Assembly (NCBI GenBank): GCA_963665095.1
Contig: OY762069.1
Location: 6,842,359-6,906,358 of the forward strand
Reading direction: 5' to 3'
Length of the DNA stretch: 64,000 bases
Origin: an uncultured Desulfobacter sp.
GTDB lineage: Bacteria > Desulfobacterota > Desulfobacteria > Desulfobacterales > Desulfobacteraceae
The position numbers and the translations under genes were made by a program. A model generated the notes under the pieces. The model was not told the DNA's origin. It searched no databases and saw only the letters and a program-made list of their open reading frames with translations. Positions within the stretch are counted from its first letter, which is position 1. Every line of letters begins with the position of its first letter. This document shows positions 1 through 10,337 of this stretch, piece after piece.

Positions 1-51
1 CCGGAAACCACCATTGGCAATGAAAAACGGATCAACCCCTTCCTTAGATAA
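1..51 (+). CDS. 3' end of MBL-fold metallo-hydrolase (glyoxalase II-like), partial
   Basis: Frame 1 reads PETTIGNEKRINPFLR*, the typical C-terminal 'TTIGxExxxNPFL' of this family. Confidence 0.75.
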   Translation, partial: PETTIGNEKRINPFLR

Positions 52-66
52 TGCCCTTACATATTT

Positions 67-115
67 GTACCCTGGATCATAAATATCTGGCTGTGATATT
101 TATGATCCGGGGTGC
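67..115. terminator. Long hairpin after the partial gene; possible terminator or processing site
   Basis: GTACCCTGGATCATAAATATC pairs with GATATTTATGATCCGGGGTGC (~21 bp including G-U pairs) around a 7-nt loop; no clear U tract. Confidence 0.5.
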
Positions 116-332
116 GAAATTTCCCTTCCTGTCTTTGTGTGTCGGTGCTCCTTAATCAATTGGTAATCATAATTTCAGGAACCAAACTTGTATTTGGGAA
201 CGGGATGAGATACTTTTATTCGATTATAAACCGGCCTGAATTTTGGGCATCAATCTTTCCCGAAATTTGAAGTCTGTTTTTATTAAATCCATGGAGCACC
301 AAGAGGAATATACAAAATAATTGGATGCACCA

Positions 333-1049
333 ATGAAACAGATCAATTTAATATTTGCCATACTTTTACTGATGCTTGCCCTGGCTGTGCCTGTAAATGC
401 TTTAGCCGGGCCTAGAGCGGTGCCTGTGGCTCCTTCTTATAATTTTGAGGCGGTGCCTGAAGGACAGCATATTTACCATGATTTTGTTATAAAGAACGAA
501 GGTGATGCGCCTTTGAACATCACCAAGGTTCAACCTCCTTGAGGCTGCGATAGCAAAGCCTATGACAGGCAGATTCCCCCGGGCGGGGAAGGTAAAATCA
601 CCATTGGTTTTAAGACCGCTGGATATGGCGGCCGGCAACTTAGCAAGAAAATTATGGTTTATACCGATGATCCTGGCAATAAAAAAATTTACCTGGTCAT
701 AAGTGGGACTGTTAAAGATATCATCAAGGTCGCGCCGCGCACTGTCAGTTTAAGCGGTGCCCCGGGCCAGACGCTGAGTGCCGTGGTTAATATCGAGGCC
801 GTTGAAGGCAATGAACTCAATATCCTTGATATCCGTCAAAAGTTCAATAAGCAGATCAAATCCGAACTTGTCCGGCCTGTTAAAGGTGAAAAAAAATGGC
901 AGGTAAAGATATCTTGCCATTCAGACCAGCCGGCGGATCTCTATGATTTTATTACGCTAAAAACCGACAATCCTGATAAACCGTTATTGAAAATCAGGGT
1001 GTATGCTATCTATGACCGGGTCACTGGATCGGGTGCATCAGGGTCTTAA
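333..1049 (+). CDS. DUF1573-domain exported selenoprotein (Sec at TGA 540-542); alternative TTG start at 321
   Basis: ORFs 321..542 and 654..1049 share a frame and join without another stop: ...NEGDAPLNITKVQPP-U-GCDSKAYDRQIPPGGEGKITIGFKT...; the TGA sits at the first Cys of the DUF1573 CGC motif; N-terminal signal peptide. Confidence 0.85.
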
Positions 1050-1095
1050 AGATTTTAAAGGACAACAGCGAAAGCCAAAAAGGAATATAATTATT

Positions 1096-1737
1096 ATGGA
1101 CGCAGCCCAGATCAAAGCTGTTGTATTTGACTGCGATGGCGTGATGTTTGATACAGCCCAGGCCAACCGGATATTTTATAATGAAATTCTGGCTGCCTTT
1201 GGCAAGCCCTGCCTCAATGACGAGCAGTTCATCAATGTGCATATGATGACGGTTAAGGCGGCTGTGACGTATCTTTTCCCCGAACTGGATGATGTTGTGC
1301 CTGTGTATAAGAAGATCAAAAGTATCGGGTATGACACGGTTGTGCCGTACATGCAGATGGAAGCAGGCCTGACCGAACTTTTAGCCGATCTTAAGGCTGC
1401 CGGCATGATCCGCGGTGTGGCCACCAACCGGACCAATACCATGGAAAATGTACTTGTTACCCATCATCTTTCAGACGCCTTTGAAATTGTTGTCACGGCA
1501 TCTGATGTGGTGAACCCGAAACCGGCGCCGGACCAGCTTGAAAAAATCATGGCTGCGTACGCCCTTCTGCCTCGTCAGATCGTGTTCATAGGGGACTCTG
1601 TATATGATCAAAGGGCAGCTGAATCAGCCGGTACCTGGTTTATTGCATTTAAGCAGCCCGGGCTTGATGCTCATGCCCATGCTGTCTCCATGAATGAGAT
1701 TAAAGAACTGTTAAAGATAAGCGAATATAATTCTTGA
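1096..1737 (+). CDS. HAD-family hydrolase (phosphoglycolate phosphatase-like)
   Basis: Motifs FDCDGVMFD, ATNR, KPAPD, FIGDSVYD; ATG 1096 preceded by AGGA. Confidence 0.9.
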   Translation: MDAAQIKAVVFDCDGVMFDTAQANRIFYNEILAAFGKPCLNDEQFINVHMMTVKAAVTYLFPELDDVVPVYKKIKSIGYDTVVPYMQMEAGLTELLADLKAAGMIRGVATNRTNTMENVLVTHHLSDAFEIVVTASDVVNPKPAPDQLEKIMAAYALLPRQIVFIGDSVYDQRAAESAGTWFIAFKQPGLDAHAHAVSMNEIKELLKISEYNS

Positions 1738-1749
1738 CAAATCTGTCAA
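1734..1749. promoter_or_regulatory. Palindrome TTGACA-N4-TGTCAA overlapping a perfect -35 hexamer upstream of sat
   Basis: TTGACAAATCTGTCAA seen directly; TATAAT also present at 1820-1825. Confidence 0.5.
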
Positions 1750-1849
1750 TCATCATTAAATCTTACGAGATTTTTAAAAAAAATTGAAGTCGGTTGCCGG
1801 GTCAAGGCATCTGACACGTTATAATGGCAGTTAACCATAGATAAGGAGA

Positions 1850-3136
1850 ATGACGTATATGTCTAAATTAGTTGCACCCCACGGTGGTAAAGGTCTTGTA
1901 TGCTGCAAGCTCGAAGGCGCAGAACTGGAAGCTGAACTGAAAAAAGCCGCAGGTCTGAAAAAAATTGAAATTTCTTCCCAGGTTAAAGGCGATCTGATCA
2001 TGCTGGGCATTGGTGGTTTCTCTCCGCTGAACGGCTTCATGACCAAGGCTGACTGGAAAGGCGTTTGCGAAGACTTCCTGATGGCCGACGGTACTTTCTG
2101 GCCGGTTCCCGTTATGCTTGACGCTGCTGCTGATGATGCAGCAGAGATCAATGTTGGCGACGAAATCACCCTGGAAAGAAATGGTGAGATCTATGCTACC
2201 ATGAAGATCGAAGAAAAGTTCGAGATGAGCGAAGATGAGAAGAAATGGGAATGCGAGAAAGTTTACAAAGGTCATGGCGAAGAGTCTGCTGACGATTGCT
2301 TCTGGAAAATCGCTATGGAAGATCATCCTGGCGTCCAGATGGTAATGGCCAGAAAAGAGTTCTGCCTGGCAGGTCCTGTAAAAGTTCTCTCCGAAGGCGA
2401 ATTCCCCGAAAAATTCAAAGGCGTTTACCTGACTCCTGCTGAAACCCGCGCTATCATGGATGAAAAAGGCTGGGCAAACGTTGCTTCCATGCAGCTGAGA
2501 AACCCCATGCACAGATCCCACGAGCATCTGTGCAAGATCGCCCTTGACGTATGTGACGGCGTTCTGATTCATTCCCTGATCGGTAATCTCAAACCCGGCG
2601 ATATCCCTGCAGAAGTACGTATCAAATGCATCGACACCCTGATCAAGGGTTACTTTGTACCGGAACACGTTATCAACGGCGGATATCCTCTGGACATGAG
2701 ATATGCTGGTCCCCGTGAAGGCCTGCTGCATGCTACCTTCCGTCAGAACTACGGTGTTAACAGAATGATCATCGGCCGTGACCATGCCGGCGTAGGTGAC
2801 TTCTACACCCTGTTCGAAGCACAGGAAATTTTCGACACCATTCCCATGCCGGAAGAAGAAGGCAAACGCCTGCTGTGCGAGCCTCTGAAAATTGACTGGA
2901 CCTTCTACTGCTACAAATGTGACGGCATGGCTTCCATGAGAACCTGCCCCCATGGCAAAGATGACCGCGTAATCCTCTCCGGTACCAAACTGCGTCACGC
3001 CCTGTCCAACGGTGAGCCCGTTGTTGATCACTTTGGCCGTGAAGAAGTTCTGGTTATCCTTAGAGAGTACTATGCCAGCCTGACCGAAAAGGTTGAGGTT
3101 AAACTGCAGAGCCATGCAGAAGGCACCAAGATGTAA
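1850..3136 (+). CDS. sat: Sulfate adenylyltransferase (dissimilatory ATP sulfurylase); start may be 1859
   Basis: [37 protein letters not shown]...CPH, SGTKLR motifs; strong codon bias. Confidence 0.98.
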   Translation: MTYMSKLVAPHGGKGLVCCKLEGAELEAELKKAAGLKKIEISSQVKGDLIMLGIGGFSPLNGFMTKADWKGVCEDFLMADGTFWPVPVMLDAAADDAAEINVGDEITLERNGEIYATMKIEEKFEMSEDEKKWECEKVYKGHGEESADDCFWKIAMEDHPGVQMVMARKEFCLAGPVKVLSEGEFPEKFKGVYLTPAETRAIMDEKGWANVASMQLRNPMHRSHEHLCKIALDVCDGVLIHSLIGNLKPGDIPAEVRIKCIDTLIKGYFVPEHVINGGYPLDMRYAGPREGLLHATFRQNYGVNRMIIGRDHAGVGDFYTLFEAQEIFDTIPMPEEEGKRLLCEPLKIDWTFYCYKCDGMASMRTCPHGKDDRVILSGTKLRHALSNGEPVVDHFGREEVLVILREYYASLTEKVEVKLQSHAEGTKM

Positions 3137-3175
3137 GCTGGCCTTCCCCGGCTGACATCAGCTTAATTTGAAGTC

Positions 3176-3212
3176 AAAGCGGCGCTTTCCCTGGTGGGGA
3201 AGCGCCGCTTTT
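3176..3212 (+). terminator. Intrinsic terminator of sat
   Basis: AAAGCGGCGCTTTCCC / GGGGAAGCGCCGCTTTT stem followed by a T-rich tail. Confidence 0.85.
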
Positions 3213-3289
3213 GGTCTTTACTCTTAACACTGTTAAACGATTACAAACATGCAAATCAAAATGAATCAACCCAAAGTGATGCGGGGCAT

Positions 3290-3525
3290 ATGCAATTCAA
3301 AATTCTTGTTTTTTTTCTAATGATAATCCTTGTTTGTTGCCCTTCAGCTTTTGCATGTACCAGCTTTGCTTTATACGCAATCAAACGTTTTACGGTATGA
3401 ATTTTGATTATTTCTCGACTCCCATTAAATTTCTAATCGAATCCGGGTTGGGAATGAATATATTTCATCTGTCCTTCTTATATGACCAAACCGTTAAGAA
3501 TTCTGAATATAAGGGATGCGTTTAG
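3290..3525 (+). pseudogene. Frameshifted, truncated linear amide C-N hydrolase (choloylglycine hydrolase/penicillin V acylase-like Ntn hydrolase)
   Basis: Signal peptide, then CTSFALY in one frame and NQTFYGMNFDY in another (shift near 3376), giving the Ntn N-terminal CT...G.N.D pattern; stops after ~55 mature residues. Confidence 0.7.
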
Positions 3526-3631
3526 TATTATAATAGATCAGGCGATCTGCATATATGAAGTAGACACGATTCTTTGTGGCAACTTTTTTAATAGAAGCAG
3601 CCTTTGAATCAGTTCAATCAATAAAAATTGA

Positions 3632-5908
3632 TCAATCCAGACGCAAATCCCTGCAAGCGTTGGTACCGTCTGCCATGGGCAGGGCCTCGTTAAATATTTC
3701 CAGCAGTTTTACCGTCTGTTTAGCCATCATGACGCAGTTGCCGGAGATGGCATAAAACATGATGCTCAGACGGGTTTTTGAGGATTCCTCACGGATTCTG
3801 GCAATCTGGTTGGCATTGTATTCATCCACAAGATCCCTGAGATAGTGAAACCTTGCAGCAATATGGTTGCAGTCTACAATATCTTTTTTTGTAAACGCGG
3901 TTTCCACCTGTTCAAGGATGTAAAAAATTTCTGTTTTTATCTCTTTCAGTTCTCTGATCTGAGAAGGCAGAAGGCCTTTGTGGCGGTTGGCCACATGCAT
4001 GGTACAGCGGATGACGGTATCCCTGTGGCCGTCAGTCAGTTTTTGAATGCGGCGTATAATCTGGTAATAGTTGAAGGAGCCTTTATGGTCAGTACGCTGC
4101 AGGAGCCTTAGCACCTTAAAAATATTTGCTATAATGATATTACCGCTTAGCTGAAACTGTTTTGTCTTTTTACGCTGGGCCCGAAGAGTTTCCAAATCTT
4201 CTTCAAACAGGGCATCAAACCCGGTTCCTAAAGATTCCCGAATTCCTTTCAACAGAAGGGCTAAGTGATCAAAGGTGGCTGTTACTGATGATTCAAAATC
4301 TTCCACTTTTTCCAAATGATAGATGGTGATCTCTTCTTTTGTTTTTTCATTGCCTTCGTGGCGTTTTTTGTTTCTTCTGATCATCAGGAAAACAAAAATC
4401 ATAAGGCAGACTACCCCTGGAATCCGGAAATAATGGATAATATTGCCGCAGGTAAAGGAGACCACAAAGGCAATCAGCGCGGTCATAAACCAGCCGCCTA
4501 CCACGGTTAAAACGCCGGTGATCCGGTAAACAGCACTTTCTCTACCCCATGCCTGGTCGGAAAACGAAGACCCCATGGCCACCATAAAGGTGACATAGGT
4601 GGTGGACAGCGGCAGTTTCAGGGAGGTTGCAAAGGATACAACGGCAGATGCCACCATCAGGTTGACAGATGCCCGCAAGAGGTCAAAGGAGGGTTTCTCT
4701 TTCACGCTGACATGGGTGTTTTCAGGCACCGGACTGATTCGTCTGGCCACAATTTTTTTAATTCCAGGCGGGGTGATTGTGTTAATTGAACTGAACAGAC
4801 TGTGGAAAAGATTGACAATGCGTCGGGAAAGCCATACGGATTCAAACCGCTCCATGCCTTCGTCCTGCTGTCCAAGGCTGATCTCTGTTTCAGTGACTGT
4901 TTTTGCCTTTTTGGACACCCACAGGGTGGTCACCATAATGGCACCCGCGATCAGCATAATCCAGGTCTGGGAGTGAATAGGCCGGCTTAACGCCTCCATG
5001 GTGATAGTCATGGGATCTGCTGATGCAATGGCTGTCCTGAAGGCGCTGAGGCCGGCTAAAGGAACCCCGATGAAGTTGACCAGATCATTTGCAGCAAATG
5101 CCATGGCTAAAGCAAATGTTCCTACAAGCACAATAAGTTTGAGTATGTTGACTTTGAACGCGCTGATAAGGACTTGCAGGATAACAGCAGACACAACAAA
5201 AAGAGCACCCATGATGACAAAAGAGTGGGTTTTTATCCATAATACCGTCTGGTTATCCATAAACGTGGCGCCTTTGGAACCTTTTACCAGAATAAAGAAA
5301 GTGATGACTGTCAAAGCCACACCGCCCCAAATAGCACCGTAATACCGGAGGCGTTTTTCATACTCAAAGGTGAAAATCAATCTGGAAATGAACTGAACAA
5401 TCGCCCCGGAGGCAAAGGCCACCACAATGGATAAAAGTATTCCGCCGATAATGGCAATGGCTTTGGATGTATTGATGTAATCCATAAGCCCGAGAGTACT
5501 GTTCGTCTGGGCGGCAATTTTCACCACAGATAAGGCCACGGCGGCACCAAGAAGTTCAAAAACAATGGATACTGTGGTGGACGTGGGCAGCCCATAGGTG
5601 TTGAACAGGTCAAGCAATAGTATGTCTGTAAGCATGACTGCCAGAAAGATTGTCAGAAGTTCGGGCATGGTGAAAAATTCCGGATGAAAGATGCCTTTCC
5701 TGGCGACTTCCATCATACCTGCGGAAAATGTGACACCGAATAGGATGCCGAGACTGGCAATGATCATGATTATTTTGAAGGGTGCTGCCTTTGATCCGAT
5801 GGAGGAGTTTAAAAAGTTGACAGCATCGTTAGTAACACCGACAATCAGATCAAAAATGGCAAACAGGATCAGCATCCCTGCGATGGCGTAGCATATTTCA
5901 ATGCTCAT
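3632..5908 (-). CDS. Inorganic phosphate transporter (PiT family) with C-terminal PhoU-like helical region
   Basis: Two PiT signatures GVTNDAVN and FAANDLVNFIG, GLPTSTT / LPLSTT; many TM helices; soluble helical tail. Confidence 0.88.
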   Translation of the reverse strand: MSIEICYAIAGMLILFAIFDLIVGVTNDAVNFLNSSIGSKAAPFKIIMIIASLGILFGVTFSAGMMEVARKGIFHPEFFTMPELLTIFLAVMLTDILLLDLFNTYGLPTSTTVSIVFELLGAAVALSVVKIAAQTNSTLGLMDYINTSKAIAIIGGILLSIVVAFASGAIVQFISRLIFTFEYEKRLRYYGAIWGGVALTVITFFILVKGSKGATFMDNQTVLWIKTHSFVIMGALFVVSAVILQVLISAFKVNILKLIVLVGTFALAMAFAANDLVNFIGVPLAGLSAFRTAIASADPMTITMEALSRPIHSQTWIMLIAGAIMVTTLWVSKKAKTVTETEISLGQQDEGMERFESVWLSRRIVNLFHSLFSSINTITPPGIKKIVARRISPVPENTHVSVKEKPSFDLLRASVNLMVASAVVSFATSLKLPLSTTYVTFMVAMGSSFSDQAWGRESAVYRITGVLTVVGGWFMTALIAFVVSFTCGNIIHYFRIPGVVCLMIFVFLMIRRNKKRHEGNEKTKEEITIYHLEKVEDFESSVTATFDHLALLLKGIRESLGTGFDALFEEDLETLRAQRKKTKQFQLSGNIIIANIFKVLRLLQRTDHKGSFNYYQIIRRIQKLTDGHRDTVIRCTMHVANRHKGLLPSQIRELKEIKTEIFYILEQVETAFTKKDIVDCNHIAARFHYLRDLVDEYNANQIARIREESSKTRLSIMFYAISGNCVMMAKQTVKLLEIFNEALPMADGTNACRDLRLD

Positions 5909-6141
5909 GATATATTTCCCCTTTGTGAATTGGGCGTGGACAGTATTTGAGAATCACAAACCTGTCGTTAAATAGGTTGTCCTAACAATTTACTCATAAT
6001 TTGCTAATATTTTGATCCCTTTATAAGGCTTTTGACGCTGGTTTGGCAAGGGGTTTATGGCCAATTTAAAGGGTCTTTTCCTGATGCCGCGAATGCCAGG
6101 TGTGACAAGGGCATAAAGATAATAAATTGGGGGTGAAATTT

Positions 6142-6984
6142 TCAGGATAGGTTGTTTTTGATTCTCAGGATCATGTTGTAAATCAGGGGTTTATGCGAGT
6201 TGGTTACTTCAGCGATTTTTTTTGCCAGTTCTGCAGTTTTCAGACCCTGGCCCAGCCCTTTTACAATCATGGCTTCCAGTTGTTCTGTACTGAAAAGTTC
6301 TGGTTGTTCATCCCTGCCTTTAATAAACAGGGCACATTCACCTTTGATGGCTTCCCGGGCTTCAAGGGCGGATAAGATAGAGGAGAGAGGCCCCCGGATG
6401 AACTCCTCAAACTGTTTGGTCAATTCCCGGGCCAGACAGGCCTGGCGATCTCCTAATATTGCGAGAGCTGACTTCAAAAGACGGATAATTCGTTTGGGAG
6501 ATTCATAAAATACCAGAGTGGTGCTGTCAGCCGCTACATCACTGAGGAAATTGTCAAGCCTGGCCTGCTTTTTGGGTGGGAACCCGAGAAAACGAAAGGA
6601 ATCAGTGGGCAGGCCTGCGGCACTTAAGCCGGCAATGGCAGCATTGCATCCCGGAATGGGCACCACTGGAACGTCTTGCTTACTGGCCCGGCTGACTATC
6701 CGGTATCCCGGATCTGAAATCAGCGGGGTACCGGCATCACTGATCAATGCGATATCCGTTCCGTTTTTCAGGCGGCTGATAAAATCATCCAGCCGAACTG
6801 CCTCATTGTGTTCATGGCAGGCGGTGACAGGGGTGGTTATGCCGTAATGCTCCAGAAGTTTTCTGGAATGCCGGGTATCCTCCGCCGCAATAAGATCCAC
6901 CTGTTTTAAAATGCGTACTGCCCTGAAAGTGATATCCTCCAGGTTACCTATGGGTGTTGCTACAATATATAGGGTGCCTGGCAT
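6142..6984 (-). CDS. rsmI: 16S rRNA C1402 2'-O-methyltransferase
   Basis: LYIVATPIGNLEDIT, AAEDTR, SDAGTPLISDPG, ARELTK. Confidence 0.97.
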   Translation of the reverse strand: MPGTLYIVATPIGNLEDITFRAVRILKQVDLIAAEDTRHSRKLLEHYGITTPVTACHEHNEAVRLDDFISRLKNGTDIALISDAGTPLISDPGYRIVSRASKQDVPVVPIPGCNAAIAGLSAAGLPTDSFRFLGFPPKKQARLDNFLSDVAADSTTLVFYESPKRIIRLLKSALAILGDRQACLARELTKQFEEFIRGPLSSILSALEAREAIKGECALFIKGRDEQPELFSTEQLEAMIVKGLGQGLKTAELAKKIAEVTNSHKPLIYNMILRIKNNLS

Positions 6985-7358
6985 CAGTACCCCAGGAATG
7001 CATTTTTAATCAAGGTAATATCACTTTTTTGCAGGAACGAATCCAGGTACCGGACTTCCACCACATCAAAACGCAGCCGGGTATTACTGATTTTTTTCTG
7101 CTTCAGGTAGTACTGGGCGCCCATAATTATTTTTTGTTGTTTGGCGAAAGTAACCCCCTCCCTGGGCAGGCCTTTCTTATCACTGGCCCGGGTTTTCACC
7201 TCGATAAAACATAGGGTCTCTTCGTCCCGGGCAATAATATCGATTTCAAACCGGCGGGTTGAAAAGTTTGTTTCCAGAACCCTGTAGCCCCGGGATAAAA
7301 GAAACTGACAAGCCGCTTTTTCTCCTTTTGCACCCAGCTGTTTTGTGCCCGTACTCAT
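6984..7358 (-). CDS. yraN: YraN family putative endonuclease
   Basis: G..GE..A..FL..GY, EIDIIA, FIEVKTR, RFDVV. Confidence 0.93.
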   Translation of the reverse strand: MSTGTKQLGAKGEKAACQFLLSRGYRVLETNFSTRRFEIDIIARDEETLCFIEVKTRASDKKGLPREGVTFAKQQKIIMGAQYYLKQKKISNTRLRFDVVEVRYLDSFLQKSDITLIKNAFLGY

Positions 7359-7969
7359 AAGTCTTTGACCCCGCGAAAACTCTTTCGGTGAACAGGGCAG
7401 GGACCATGATCCAGTATGGCTTGTTTGTGAGCCCGGGTGGGGTACCCTTTGTGGCGGTCAAATCCGTACTCGGGATACTGGACGGCCAGGTCTGTCATGA
7501 TTCTGTCCCGGGTCACCTTGGCCAGAATAGAGGCGGTGGCTATGGAAAGACTTCGGGCATCCCCTTTTATTACCGGCAGCTGGTGAATGGGGCTGTCAAT
7601 GGAAAATTTGCCGTCAATAAGCAGAAAATCAGGAGCAGGGGATAGTGCCGTTACAGCCCGTTTCATAGAGAGCAATGAAGCCTGCAGAATATTAATTCTG
7701 TCAATTTCTTCATGATCCGCCATGCCAATGCCAAATGACAGCACCTGTTCTTTTATCAACGGAAAAAGTGCGGCCCTTTTTTTTTCACTGAGCTTTTTTG
7801 AATCATTGATGCCAGAGACACAAAAATTTTGGGGCAGCACCACAGCCGCAGACACGACAGGGCCGGCAAGGGGACCCCTGCCGGCCTCATCAACACCTGC
7901 AATTATTTTATACCCGTGCAGCAGGGCCTCTTTTTCAAAGGCCAGCATGTCCGCATTGGAATCAGGCAA
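7355..7969 (-). CDS. rnhB: Ribonuclease HII (start uncertain: TTG 7969 or ATG 7948)
   Basis: [37 protein letters not shown]. Confidence 0.97.
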   Translation of the reverse strand: MPDSNADMLAFEKEALLHGYKIIAGVDEAGRGPLAGPVVSAAVVLPQNFCVSGINDSKKLSEKKRAALFPLIKEQVLSFGIGMADHEEIDRINILQASLLSMKRAVTALSPAPDFLLIDGKFSIDSPIHQLPVIKGDARSLSIATASILAKVTRDRIMTDLAVQYPEYGFDRHKGYPTRAHKQAILDHGPCPVHRKSFRGVKDL

Positions 7970-8315
7970 AACGTTTTTCTTTGATCCTGGCTGCCTTTCC
8001 ACGCAGGTTTCTCAGGTAATAGAGCTTAGATCTTCTGACGCGGCCCCTGGTGACAACTTCAACTTTGTCAATGGCAGGGGAGTAAAGCGGGAAGATTCTT
8101 TCCACACCAACGCCGCCGGAGATTTTTCTTACGGTGAACCGGGCACTGGAAAGCCCCTTGGTTTTTTTGATAACTACGCCCTGGAATACCTGGATACGCT
8201 CTTTTTCACCTTCTTTGATTTTTACATGAACCTTTACGGTATCTCCGGAATCAAAGTCCGGAATGTCAAGGCGCATCTGTTCTCTTTCAATTTTCTGGAT
8301 TAGGTTTGCTGTCAT
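7962..8315 (-). CDS. rplS: 50S ribosomal protein L19
   Basis: [23 protein letters not shown]...GVGVERIFP...[10 protein letters not shown]. Confidence 0.99.
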   Translation of the reverse strand: MTANLIQKIEREQMRLDIPDFDSGDTVKVHVKIKEGEKERIQVFQGVVIKKTKGLSSARFTVRKISGGVGVERIFPLYSPAIDKVEVVTRGRVRRSKLYYLRNLRGKAARIKEKRFA

Positions 8316-8335
8316 GTCTTATTCCTTCCTTATTT

Positions 8336-8944
8336 TCAGCCATTTATTAATCTGTCTAAATATATGGATGCCGCTGACCGGACACTTAAGTGATTGTATG
8401 CGCTTAGGCCCTGAATGGGTTCAAGGGTGTAATCGCACTGGCTGATCACCTCTGGTGCCAGTCCCCATGCTGTGCCGAATACCAGCACATAGGGGGCATT
8501 GTCCTTCATTTCCTGCCGAAGCCTGCTGCAACTCAGTGTGGGACCATCTGCATTGGCGCTGGTTGCCACCTTCAGCGGCGGTCGGCCCTGCTCTTTTTCA
8601 ATGTCAAGGCAGACTGCCTCAAATGTATCTGTTACCCTTACCCTTTCAAGGGCGGATTTCCGGGCCGGATTGGCCTGCCCGCCTTGGCCTGAAGTCCAGT
8701 GGTCCATAATCTGTCCGGCCAGAGTTTTCTGGTCCTCATAGGGTGTGACTGCATAGAAGGCTATCACTCCAAATGTACGGGCGGCCCTGGCAATGTCGTG
8801 CAAATCCAGGTTGGTCAGAGCCGAACTGGTAATCAGACCGTTTCTATTGACCACAGGATAATGGATCAGTGCCAGATACAAAGGGCTTGTTGGGGCCACT
8901 TCATTGTCCCGGGCTTCTTCATCTGCAATGCTTGATTTATTCAT
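8336..8944 (-). CDS. SPOUT-type RNA methyltransferase (TrmD-associated family); start uncertain, ORF open to 9001
   Basis: LYLALIHYPV, TNLDLHDIAR, FGTAWGL, YNHLSVRSAA. Confidence 0.88.
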   Translation of the reverse strand: MNKSSIADEEARDNEVAPTSPLYLALIHYPVVNRNGLITSSALTNLDLHDIARAARTFGVIAFYAVTPYEDQKTLAGQIMDHWTSGQGGQANPARKSALERVRVTDTFEAVCLDIEKEQGRPPLKVATSANADGPTLSCSRLRQEMKDNAPYVLVFGTAWGLAPEVISQCDYTLEPIQGLSAYNHLSVRSAASIYLDRLING

Positions 8945-9006
8945 TGGGCCTGTCTTTCTGTTCCGCACATCGGCCTTGACTGTTTTTTTTGCCCTGATCA
9001 TCAGCC

Positions 9007-9759
9007 CTACTCATTAATTAAGGCCTCAAGCTCCTTGCACCACTGCCGTAAAATTTGTTTTTCGCTGTCATCCGGTTTTCTTTGTTCAAACAGGTCCGGG
9101 CGTTTGATAAAGGTCCGTTCCAGGGCTGAGCGCTGGCGCCATTGCCGGATTTTTTCATGGTTACCGGACAGCAACACCCCGGGTACGGCCATCTCTTTAT
9201 ACAGCTCTGGCCGTGTATATTGGGCATATTCAAGCCGGTTGTCCATGAAAGAGTCCCTCTGAGACGACTCACAGCTGCCAAGCACGCCGGGAATCATCCG
9301 TACAACTGCATCAATGACTGCCATGGCTCCAATTTCACCACCGGTCATGACAAAATCACCCACACAGATCTCTTCATCCACCTGGCGGTTATATACCCGC
9401 TCATCAATGCCTTCATACCGGCCGCAGACCAGAATCAGATCCCTGCCGGAAGCTGCCAGTTCACATGCTCTCTTTTGTGTGAACGGGGCGCCCTGGGGGC
9501 TTAGGGCAACGACCTTTGCGTCCGGAGTAACCTTTCTTGCATTCTCAATGGCCATTTCCAGAGGGCCCGGCATCATCACCATACCGCTTCCCCCGCCATA
9601 GGGCCTGTCATCCACGCTGTTATGCCGGTCTTCGGTAAAATCCCGGATATTGACGGCACAGGCTTTAAAAAGGTTCCGGTCCAGAGCCCGAGCCATGATG
9701 CCGTTGTCAAAAAAGGCCTGAATGAATTCCGGAAAAAGTGTAAGTACCGTAAACTTCAT
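9007..9759 (-). CDS. trmD: tRNA (guanine-37-N1)-methyltransferase
   Basis: VDDRPYGGGSGM, CGRYEGIDER, GDFVMTGGE, QYTRP, LLSGNH. Confidence 0.98.
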   Translation of the reverse strand: MKFTVLTLFPEFIQAFFDNGIMARALDRNLFKACAVNIRDFTEDRHNSVDDRPYGGGSGMVMMPGPLEMAIENARKVTPDAKVVALSPQGAPFTQKRACELAASGRDLILVCGRYEGIDERVYNRQVDEEICVGDFVMTGGEIGAMAVIDAVVRMIPGVLGSCESSQRDSFMDNRLEYAQYTRPELYKEMAVPGVLLSGNHEKIRQWRQRSALERTFIKRPDLFEQRKPDDSEKQILRQWCKELEALINE

Positions 9760-10328
9760 AATTCAGGTCTATCTGGAAGAAATCCTTCGGGCAGTTGCGT
9801 TCTGATGACCTTTTCCGTAAGGTCAACTTCTGTGACAAACCGGGCATTCATGGGAATCAGTACTTCCTTCAGTTCCGCCCTTTCACCGCCCTTTACTACC
9901 AGTATGTCATCCGCGCCTGTGGGAAAAAGCTGCACCACCTTCCCAAGAACACCAGATGTCTCATTCACCACGGTAAGCCCGATGAGATCCTGCCAGTACC
10001 AGGTATCTTCTTCCAAGGGGGGCAGCTGGGCTTTGTCAATGAGGATCAGTTTTCCCACAAGGGCTTCGGATCCTTCCCGGGTATTTACCCCCTCAAGGGT
10101 CAGCAACACCCCTTTTTTGTACCTCCCGGTCCTGGAGATGGTATATCTCTTCCCGGGATCTGCTTCCTCTGGATCCTTTAGTACCACGGTCAGGCCCTTG
10201 GCAAAAGAATCAGAGGATTCTGCCCAGGACCAGACCTTAAGGTTGCCTGCCAGACCATGTACGCCGGTAATTTTGCCGATGGTCAGCCAGGTAGTCTTCA
10301 AAGAATCCGGTTGACCCGGTTGCTTCAT
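9756..10328 (-). CDS. rimM: 16S rRNA processing protein
   Basis: IGKITGVHGLAG, YWQDLIGL, TGADDILVV, LIP; position between khpA and trmD. Confidence 0.95.
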   Translation of the reverse strand: MKQPGQPDSLKTTWLTIGKITGVHGLAGNLKVWSWAESSDSFAKGLTVVLKDPEEADPGKRYTISRTGRYKKGVLLTLEGVNTREGSEALVGKLILIDKAQLPPLEEDTWYWQDLIGLTVVNETSGVLGKVVQLFPTGADDILVVKGGERAELKEVLIPMNARFVTEVDLTEKVIRTQLPEGFLPDRPEL

Positions 10329-10337
10329 GGGCGGCCC

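Noticed and set aside
1868..3115. 415-aa antisense ORF over sat, and similar long antisense ORFs over acyl-CoA dehydrogenase, ahcY, etfA and the 1655-aa gene
   Set aside because: Shadow ORFs caused by codon bias in well-identified sense genes; no recognisable motifs.
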